Shown piece by piece: positions 11,732-20,000 of a stretch of DNA of 20,000 bases. Position 1 is the stretch's first letter, and each line of letters opens with the position of its first letter. A program made the position numbers and the translations under genes. The notes beneath the pieces were generated by a model. That model saw only the letters and a program-made list of their open reading frames with translations, did not search any database and was not told the DNA's origin. The DNA is from Paramecium tetraurelia (taxonomy: Eukaryota), in NCBI GenBank assembly GCA_000165425.1, contig CT868296.1, forward strand, positions 482,994-502,993, written 5' to 3'.

Positions 11732-13033
11732 ATGGATTCAATAACTGGCATCGAAGATCATCAACAATAGAGAAATAATATAATCTGCAATGTCTAGCTA
11801 GTCTAACAAGCGATTATGGATAGTTACCATGAGAAGGAATACAGATAATCAATTTCACTGACTTAAACTTAAACCTAAAAAGTTCCTGATGATAATACTA
11901 ATCAACACGTTTCTTTGTTGTTATATCCTATTCAAACTTCTGATAAGCATGATGATGTGTTTAATGCAAATGTGACAACTAGTATTAGGAATAGAATTTC
12001 GCCATATTTTGGTGTTTTACTTAAAAAAAGTCCTCATTGGGTTCAAGGCTATAAGGAGAGATAATGTTCTATTGTTAATCGGATTTTTAGGTATTTCTCA
12101 ATGGAACATAAAAAACTAGAGGGTGTTTTAAATTTTGATGTTTAAACATATTAACTTATTGAGATCAAAGATAAGCAAGGAAACATAATTGAGTTCATGT
12201 ACTATTCTTCAGCTTAGTTTATCTAGAATCAAACCGGTTGGGAAAATAGATAAAATCTTCCAATTTAAAGGAACAAATCCTATGGAAACCACAAAATGGT
12301 TCAACACCATAAAAATACATTTGCAAGATTCAATTGGTTTTATGAATTAACTTACATCTCTATGTAAATATGAAAGATATTGGAGGGTATCTAATGTTAA
12401 ATTATCAAAGCATGAAAGAATTTCAGCCTAATAGTTAGAGGAAGATGCAGAAGATGGTGACATCATCTTATTTAGAGGAAAAGATATTAATTGTTATGTA
12501 CAAAGAGCATTTACATAAGACGATTTTGACCACGTCGGTTTGCTTCTGAAAATGGATAATAATGAATTATTTATATTTGAGGCCTTGCCATCAAGTGGTG
12601 TTGCATTGTGTAGATGGAGCACTTTCAATATTAGAAAATGGTATTCGATGTATGAAAAGTATAAAATTTTAATTAACTGCTTTATAGGGTCGTTTATAGA
12701 AAACTTAAAACTAATAGATCAATAGAATTTAAAGTCAAACTCTCTGATTTTGTAAATGAAAACTTAGGAAAAAAGTATTCATGCACTCCTTCAAAATTAT
12801 TAATGTAAAAGTCCATTCTGTTTGTGGATGAATAACCAAAAACAGAAGAATAAAAAAATAGAACATATTTTTGTTCAGAATTAGTTGCAAAATGTTATAA
12901 AGACCTTGGATTCTTACCAAAAATAGTCTCTTCCACTCAATATTGGCCTGGTTCATTTTCTTAATAAAACAGTAAACTTAAACTACAATAAGCATCCCTT
13001 AGTGATGAATATTTAATTGATTTTTGCATGTGA
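11732..13033 (+). CDS. PH domain + permuted papain-like (NlpC/P60 superfamily, YiiX/YaeF-type) amidase/acyltransferase (~406 aa)
   Basis: PH domain: YFGVLLKKSPHWVQGYKERQC...IFQFKGTNPMETTKWFNTI. Catalytic domain: EDGDIILFRG, DFDHVGLLL, FIFEAL, LGKKY, TYFCSELVAKCY, with His before Cys (permuted order). Introns 12199-12226, 12387-12410, 12659-12687. Confidence 0.9.
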
Positions 13034-13084
13034 TTCCTAATATTTTATAAAATTGATGTAACTATTTATTTGTATCCCAAAACA

Positions 13085-13850
13085 AAGTGAGTTTTTAATA
13101 TACTTTTTCTTATAATGAATCGATTTGCCAATACTTTGGCTGTTTTATACTCCTTTATTCTTAGTAATCGGACTCAAATTAGCATAAGCATAGCAGAAAA
13201 CAAAATTAATCCTATTAGAACCAAACCAAATATTGTAATTTAGTTAATCACATCAATCTTATTTAATTTATTTTTGAAGATTGTGTTAACAATACAGATT
13301 TACAGCCATATATTAAGTTTTCATATTTCAATTTAAGTTTGAGTTGCTATTTTATTCCTTTTGAAAGCAGATAGTTAATTTATATTCTCCTTTATCATAA
13401 TATTTGATATAGAGATGTGTAATTATGCTAACAGAATGTAAGAAGTGAGTTTCACAAAATATAAGGAGTAACATTAACTTAGGTTTTATATTTTTGATTT
13501 TTAAACTTGATTTTGATGATTCAATACATACTAAAGCCCGTTATGTCATGCTTACTTAATAAAAGGCAGATATCAATATTTGAAACTTTTCGACAGCATA
13601 TCTTCTAATGCATTCAATTTCAAAATGACAATATGTAAATCCATCTCAAAATTATTATAGTATTGATTAAGATTAAGATGCTCAGAGTAGAAAAAGACTT
13701 ATTATTAATTGTATTTTATCAAAATAAAATTTAATTATAATTATAAACTATTTCTGTGTTTAATGGTAAAACTTTTATCACTTTCCAACAAATGGCCAAT
13801 TTTACTATAAAGTTAATTAGCACTATTAATAATTAAAGTAAGAAATTAAT
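13085..13850 (-). pseudogene. Decayed transmembrane-protein gene remnant
   Basis: TM-like segment WINQITIFGLVLIGLILFSAMLMLI*VRLLRIKEYKTAKVLANRFIIRKSILK has a TGA at 13176-13174. Upstream coding-like stretches (YNNFEMDLHIVILKLNALEDMLSK...) are broken by further TGAs and frame changes. Confidence 0.5.
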
Positions 13851-13913
13851 CAAGAATTTTTCGATTTACTTTCTCAATAAATCTTATTTTTTTTTCAATA
13901 TAAATAATGTAAT

Positions 13914-14947
13914 TCAGTGATAATTATTAAGGATATTTAAAATTCTTTTTTGTTGTTATTCCAAAATTTCAATTCTAAACACGTCATTCAACACATCCTT
14001 ATAACATTTTAAGATTATTAGTAAGTCTTAGTCAATTTATTGTATACTCGTTGATAAGGTATCTATCTTTTCATTACAGGCTGAATATGCTTAAGTAGTT
14101 TATTCTTAAGTGTTTTTAATAAAATTCATCTACTCTTAATATTCTTTTGATGTTGAAAGTAATTTTTTATTAATTTCGCTATTAAAGTAAAAATTTTTAC
14201 ATCATTTCATTTTAGGACGTTGAAATAAAGGAAACTATTTATTTTTAGTTTTCTGAAAACTCCTAAATACCTCGATATAAATCTGAAAACTACAGAGACT
14301 ATTGCTTTTCTTATATTGATCTAATTAGTTTTTCAATTCTATTTTAAAAACCTTAAAACTTATCCTATTGATCTTGCTCAAATTTAATTTATTTATCTTC
14401 TGTTTATCTAATTTTCTTTTCAAATTAGTTTAAGCGATTGATATCCATTACATTTGATTGCGATAAGCTATTTTTTTGAAGAGCCTTCCTACTTGGAGAG
14501 TTTTTCCCTTTTTCACTTAAGCTAGTATTATCTTATTGTAATAATGATCCAGAACTTTTATTCCTAACTATATCATTCGGACTGTCATCATTTCTTTATT
14601 TCATTATTGGGCTTACCTAAGAAGACTATATCCTTAATAAATGAGTATTGATGTCAGATAAATTATCAAAGTTATCTATTTTTTCAGTCAATTCACTAAA
14701 TTTTGTATCAACAAATAATATCAATTGCTTCAATATTCTTCCAGTAACATATTCTGTATCACAAACACTATTATAAATTTGATTCAAAGTGCTATCAAAA
14801 CACCCTTCAGTTTTTAGGGTAAGAATTGGATTAAGTTTCTAAATTAGAATCGTTTACTCTTACAATTAAATGAGATTCTTAAGGCAGATTATGAACAGAT
14901 TGAGTCTTTCCTATTTTTTAAGGAGGACCTCCTTTAACAATAAGCAT
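13914..14947 (-). CDS. Hypothetical coiled-coil protein (~328 aa)
   Basis: ATG 14947 (MLIVKGGPPQKIGKTQSVHNLP...). Two introns (25 nt near 14850, 22 nt near 14190) give an open frame to TGA 13916-13914. The C-terminal half is Q/E/K heptad-rich. Confidence 0.8.
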
Positions 14948-14962
14948 TAAATAATTAAAATA

Positions 14963-16010
14963 TCAATAAAAGTAATTATTTACACATTGATAGCGTTCTT
15001 TATTCAAATTCTTGTAATTTTTAATTTCTGTTGCATTCAGTTGAATGCAATTGAAATTTAGTTCTAAATGATTCAACAATTCTAAAAAGTTCTAGGTCTA
15101 ATTAAATAAAATAGAAAAATACTATTATTTTATCAGACATTTTGATAAATTCATAGATACAGGCGATTGCTTTATTATAATGAGTAATATTTCGAAACTC
15201 ATAAGCAATAATGGAGTATTAGAGAAGCTCTAAAGCATTTTGTTTCATGTAGATTACTTCGCACTCTTAATAAAATTAAGACAAAAAAGGTTTAAGATGG
15301 AAAAATATTTTTTCAAAATATTCAAAAGGTGTTTGAAAATATATATTATATTCCAGTTTTCTACATATAGTTTATTCCATTGATAAAAATTCATGAATAG
15401 TATAGTTTTCTTAACAAATCTAATTTATTGAATTTTAAGTACATCAATTATAATATCTTCAACAAAAATAGGGGATATATCATGAAATTTTGAAGATAGA
15501 TAGATACAACAACTACCAATAAGGAATAGATCGTCAGCTATGAATCCTTTAGTATTGCACAAAAAAGTATCGAGTAATTCGACACAATGAAACAGGGTTT
15601 GATAGCTCATTTTTTAATAACGTTTGACAGTTGTCATCATCCAATCTATTAACTATTGAAGTTAATCTTAATTAAACTTATGAAAGTCTAGATGATTTAT
15701 TCTTTTGTACTTGTTATAGAAAAGAATTTACATTTATATCTTCTTTATATTCTTTTTCTTATATTTCTTCATCATATAGATATTTCTTCTCATGTAGGCA
15801 TTCTTTAATTGGTTTTGAGAATAATATTCTATCAATTTTTTCATCATCTTTATTAAAGACAGGCACAATGGCATTCCTTCTTTTATTTTTTATGTTTTAA
15901 TCATTTTGTGACTAATAATTGGTAATATCACTTAATATAGATTAAGGTCTTAAACATTTTGGCTATGATAACACTCCTTTTTTAAGTAAAAATTTGGTTT
16001 GATAATTCAT
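14963..16010 (-). CDS. Divergent A/B-type-like cyclin (~324 aa)
   Basis: Cyclin box: LIDWMMTTV...YQTLFHCVELLDTFL...LFLIGSCCIYLSSKFHDISP...FLSMEQTICRKLEYNIYFQTPFEY. N-terminal D-box-like ILSDITN. Three introns (25, 23, 25 nt). TGA 14965-14963. Confidence 0.9.
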
Positions 16011-16252
16011 TAAAGAAAATTTTAATTTAATTTTAATAATTAAGTTAAATTTAATTATAAATAATATTTATATACACTTGCTCGAGAATAATTGATCAAG
16101 TTAATTTTATGATCTAAAACTAAATATTTCCTTATGTGATTGAAATTATTAGGAGATTAAATAAAGTCAAACTAACCATCGCTATTTATAGAATAAATTT
16201 ATTTATAAAAGATTATAATATAATTTTTTTTATACTATTTTAATGCAATATT

Positions 16253-16688
16253 TCAATTCGTTTTGTTCCCCTTGACCAACAAAGGATTATAGATTTCTGG
16301 AGCAACAATTAATCCCAATGCAAAATAAGTCACTACAGAGTTTCTTAAGATTGGAAATAATCCAGAAGAAACTAAATATATTTTATACATTTTTTATACA
16401 TCTTTTTGAAATGGATACTATGGCTAATGTGCTTAATCCAAGAAAAATTAGCCTTTAGTTTTCATTTCCTCGACCCAATATATTATTGTATTTAAATTAA
16501 GTAAATCTTTCTGGCCATTTCTCATATTGATTGGTTAATGGAAGATAATAGGTATTTTTCCATTCATTAAAAGGAATTTGATTTACTAAATCACAAATTG
16601 GTTATTTCACATTTGTCCTAATTGAATCGGATAACTAAGATATGTTAAGTTCAACATCGTCAACCCAAGTTCTAGTTTAATTGGACAT
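16253..16688 (-). CDS. Small C-terminal hairpin membrane protein (135 aa), possibly Mic26/Mic27 (ApoO)-like
   Basis: ATG 16688 (MSNQTRTWVDDVELNI...), one intron at 16372-16399. C-terminus RLIFLGLSTLAIVSISKRFSSGLFPILRNSVVTYFALGLIVAPEIYNPLL. TGA 16255-16253. The ORF is well supported; the family call is tentative. Confidence 0.8.
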
Positions 16689-16899
16689 TGATAAAAAAAT
16701 TTAAGAATTTATTGTATTATTATTTTAATGAATAGGCACTCTTAAAAATGTTCACCTAAATGTTGATAGCTATATTGCTCTCTGAAATTAGAAAGATCAA
16801 TTTAATCATCAGGTAGACTTGTTTTGTTAATTTTTAATTGTTAATGAGGTACAAATTTAGCTTATTTTTATAAAATTAATGACTGATTATAATATTTCA

Positions 16900-17903
16900 T
16901 CAGATAATGTAAGGCACCATAGCTTTTCTATTTCTTGGATATCTATCTCCAAACTCCTTGATGTATCGTCTATGTTTTTATTTTGCCCAAATAAGCATCT
17001 AACCAAAAGAAAATATTGTAAATGCAATAGCTATTGAAAAAAAAACTATAAATACCTGCGTATGAACAAGTAAATAATGAAAAACTAACCCAGGCCATTG
17101 TTTCCCAGAAATAGTTTGCAGATGAAACTGCTCCAAAACCCCAACCGTATGGAATTTATCTTTATTTGTTTTAAGCAACGTAATCGGCATCACTTTACTT
17201 TAATTCAAGTTTTTTTCTAAAGCTTGAGAGTCTGATGTGGCACATTAAATTCAAAAATTCAAACAATCCAAAAAATGCAACAAAAATAAATTTCCAAGAT
17301 TATCGTTTTTCAAAACTTCTTAAATAGAACAATTCAATCCCAATACAAAATCCACAAAATATCCAATAATGCAAACAATTAATTAAGGCTCTTTTTAGGG
17401 GCATAGAATCTCTACTGAAGACATGAACAAATTTAGTTTCTAAAATTCTTTTGAGGAAGTGTAAAATCACCATCCAATAAGCTATTCTAGAATATATTAT
17501 TTTAGGAATGTATACTTTTGCATAAGTGTGTAATTCTCTTAATTACCTAACTTATAAAGTAGAAAGAACATTAAAATTGGCCCTAGGTATTCGATGTAGA
17601 ATACTGCACCCCAGAGCATTTAAGGTCCCAAATCTTTCACTACTAATGTCTGACCATTTTTAATTCCTGAAAGATTCAATGGTAGCTCATTATCCTCAAA
17701 TACTTTTTATTTATCCTCTGTTGTCAACCATTATCTTATTGGTTTGATTTTGGCTTGATAAAATTATTTATACTTATTTTAGCAATCTCCTTCTTAAGAC
17801 TCAAAATGGTTTGGCTTGTTGAATTTAATTAAATATTGATGGCTTTTCCTTCCTATTCTATATATTCTCCTTTTCTTCTCTTAATTAAGATTTAATCAAT
17901 CAT
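16900..17903 (-). CDS. TECR: Very-long-chain trans-2-enoyl-CoA reductase (TECR/Tsc13/CER10; steroid 5-alpha-reductase family, ~309 aa)
   Basis: Ubiquitin-like N-terminus followed by VKDLGPQMLWGAVFYIEYLGP, HFLKRILETKFVHVFSRDSMP, NCLHYW, IPYGWGFGAVSSANYFWE and QMLIWAKQKHRRYIKEFGDRYPRNRKAMVPYII*. Introns 17754-17773, 17487-17515, 17031-17055. Confidence 0.96.
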
Positions 17904-18141
17904 TAATTTTATTATTCAATAAAATTGCATCTCATAAATAAATAACATTAATAAAACATAGAAGGGATTGTTAACCGTAAGAAAATAAATCAATTCTTAT
18001 TCAAATATGAGTGAATTTGTTGTAAAAAAAATCATATTTTTGAATAGCTTTCTTCTCTAATTAATCACATTTATACTTTAATTCAAAATAATAAATTTTA
18101 TGCTTAATAGTTTAATTGAATAACAATATTTATCATAATAA

Positions 18142-18410
18142 ATGATTTTGATATTCAAAAATTCGGAGGTAAGGTTTTGAGTATTCTAAGATGAGAGAAT
18201 ACTTCCTTAATCGGCGGAAATTTGGTATGTTGCATTTTAAATGGATCAAATTTGATAATGTTGATATTAATGGTTAGAACTTAAATGAAGCTTAATTGTT
18301 AAATTGTAAATGGAAAAATATCAAAATACATGATTTAAAAAATTAGATGGTCATTCAAGTGAAGTTACTTCATTCAATTTATCTCATTAGCATTTGGGAT
18401 GTTGAAATAA
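18142..18410 (+). pseudogene. Frameshifted relic of a Paramecium pentapeptide-repeat + WD40 gene (junction region)
   Basis: Reads ENTSLIGGNLVCCILNGS / FDNVDINGQNLNEAQLLNCKWKNIKIHDLK / LDGHSSEVTSFNLS...IWDVE. It needs at least two frameshifts and has an internal deletion in the first WD repeat. Confidence 0.8.
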
Positions 18411-18620
18411 GGTGGATGGATTGAACAATAAAATTTTACTTTACATATCACGAGTAGCAAAAAATAAATAGCCAGCGTCAAAAATTTTTTTGCTCGTTTG
18501 GGGCAAAGCCCCAAATGATCAAATTAGGCCGAAGCCAAGGGGCCTACTGCCCCTGCTGAGGTGGATGGGTGAAACAAGTTAGAAAAATGATTTTCTAAAA
18601 AGCAAGGGTACATAAGTAAA
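18410..18620. repeat. GC-rich multi-hairpin cassette with imperfect direct repeat (putative dispersed repeat, non-autonomous element or structured RNA)
   Basis: Inverted repeats at 18456-18494, 18497-18515, 18527-18536, 18538-18554 and 18579-18598. AGGTGGATGG...AACAA occurs at 18410 and 18559. The element runs into the assembly gap. Confidence 0.7.
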
Positions 18621-18770
18621 NNNNNNNNNNNNNNNNNNNNNNNNNNNNNNNNNNNNNNNNNNNNNNNNNNNNNNNNNNNNNNNNNNNNNNNNNNNNNNNN
18701 NNNNNNNNNNNNNNNNNNNNNNNNNNNNNNNNNNNNNNNNNNNNNNNNNNNNNNNNNNNNNNNNNNNNNN
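18621..18770. other. Assembly gap (150 N)
   Basis: Run of N characters. Confidence 1.
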
Positions 18771-19189
18771 ATTCATCAATAGAGAGACCAAAAATTTTCC
18801 TTATTGTAAGCTTTATTGTATATGAATATATCAATAATAATTATAGACAATTTCTTAATTTCATAATGAATGTTGATATTTTTAAGTTTGAACTAGTTTG
18901 ATGAGCTCATTTAAAAATAATACATTAATTCTTAAAATGGTGAGCCACTATAAAGTATAATTGATAAGTGTTTTTTAAGACATATCAATAAGTATACCCT
19001 ACACACAAGACTGACAATATAATTTAATAATATAAGGGATAAGATAGTGTAATCATTTGCCTGAAACGGATATTTTTGAAAAACATGTAATTATCTATCA
19101 TAAGAGATGAAGATCAATAATTAAGACAAAAGAGACATATTATTCAAAGGACTAAAAGAAATTGATTAAGATTATAATTGTAATGTTCT

Positions 19190-19600
19190 TAATTTTTGCT
19201 TTATGTCTTCTAAGATGCAACTTCCTTTTGATTTAAACAAAGGTTTTAAATCTTTCTCATAATTATTAATAGATTGTCCTTATAAGATAAGTGCTGCTGA
19301 AGCTTCTTACAAAGGATTCTAACACATTCTAAGTATTGTGCAATAAGGATAAACTAAATAATGAATAATAATAAATACCATGTGACAATAAGGAGCTATT
19401 CTGAAGTGGTATTTTAAACTATGTGAGAATATCTTTCTCGCAACTACCTGATAGGAGTATTTCCTTTGATGTTTTTACGTTCCAGAGACGGATAGAGTTA
19501 TCATCACCACTAAAAGCTATTGTTGTACCATCAGAAGAGAAATTGACTGAAGCACTTGTATGACCATCTAATTTGGCTTTTATTATCCTATATTTAACAT
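19190..19600 (-). pseudogene. Relic of the last WD40 repeat and conserved C-terminal tail of a Paramecium WD40 gene
   Basis: KAKLDGHTSASVNFSSDGTTIAFSGDDNSIRLWNVKTSKEI...KDILTQFKIPLQNSSLLSH[25-nt intron]VYPYCTILRMCQNPLQEASAALILQGQSINNYEKDLKPLFKSKGSCILEDIKQK. It has a single repeat with a small deletion and no upstream repeats. Confidence 0.8.
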
Positions 19601-20000
19601 TTTTGATGCACAATAAATTTACCAAAAATTGATAATTAGAGTTATATTTCATTTTATTAATGTCATTTATCATCTATATATATATAGAACAAAAATAATT
19701 TCGTTAACTAATCCAGCAAAATTAATTTGAAAAAGATTTTATAAAATTTAATATCAAAGATCTAAAAGTAAGCCGATTAAATTATCTAATTTTAGGCTTC
19801 TTGATTCCAATACAATAGAATTTAGTTTGTGATATTGATAAAAATGATTGAAAGGCAAAAAATAAGGCTTTTTGTTTGAATTATTCAAATTTATTATAGA
19901 ATGAGTTTTTATTAGTTAAAACCTTAAATTATGTGTATTATTCTGATTTTATTAAAATAAACAATATTAATATTTATATTTATATTAATTAATAATGATA

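Noticed and set aside
12735..12956. Minus-strand 73-aa ORF
   Set aside because: Antisense to the catalytic domain of the PH-NlpC/P60 gene.
16999..17193. 64-aa ORF MMPITLLK...
   Set aside because: Mostly the wrong frame of TECR and reads through an intron.
1520..17903. Frequent in-frame TAA/TAG as evidence of pseudogenes, or retained IESs in genes
   Set aside because: TAA/TAG encode Gln in this code. All 12 genes close into full frames using short GT-AG introns alone, so no TA-bounded insertion is needed.
18497..18515. Telomere or telomerase RNA template
   Set aside because: Only one repeat unit per arm, in inverted arrangement. There is no tandem telomeric tract and no recognisable telomerase RNA context.
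18497..18554. Bacterial terminators, REP elements or CRISPR repeats
   Set aside because: The flanks are ciliate sequence, there is no repeat-spacer periodicity and there are no prokaryotic genes.
18553..18576. Hammerhead-ribozyme-like CTGCTGAG...GAAAC
   Set aside because: The core needs CUGANGA but has CUGCUGA, and the intervening GGTGGATGGGT cannot form stem II.
18579..18834. Two ORFs spanning the N run
   Set aside because: Artefacts of the assembly gap.

Overview
AT-rich eukaryotic DNA from a ciliate, almost certainly a Paramecium (aurelia-type) macronuclear scaffold. TAA and TAG read as Gln, TGA is the only stop, introns are 20-29 nt GT..AG, and a trichocyst matrix protein gene is present. 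The supplied standard-code ORF track therefore only shows fragments. Reading by hand with the ciliate code gives 12 intact, densely packed genes. They encode a 172-aa two-TM protein, a TPR protein, an STPG1/SHIPPO-repeat protein, two coiled-coil proteins, a VHS/ENTH-like protein, a Na+/H+ exchanger, a trichocyst matrix protein, a PH + permuted papain-like (NlpC/P60, YiiX-type) enzyme, a divergent cyclin, a small Mic26/27-like hairpin membrane protein and a very-long-chain enoyl-CoA reductase. Several decayed gene remnants lie between them. The right end carries two oppositely oriented relics of the Paramecium pentapeptide/WD40 family around a 150-N gap. The most unusual element sits just before the gap: a ~200-bp GC-rich cassette of five stem-loops, including telomere-like arms and a cUUCGg loop, with an imperfect direct repeat.
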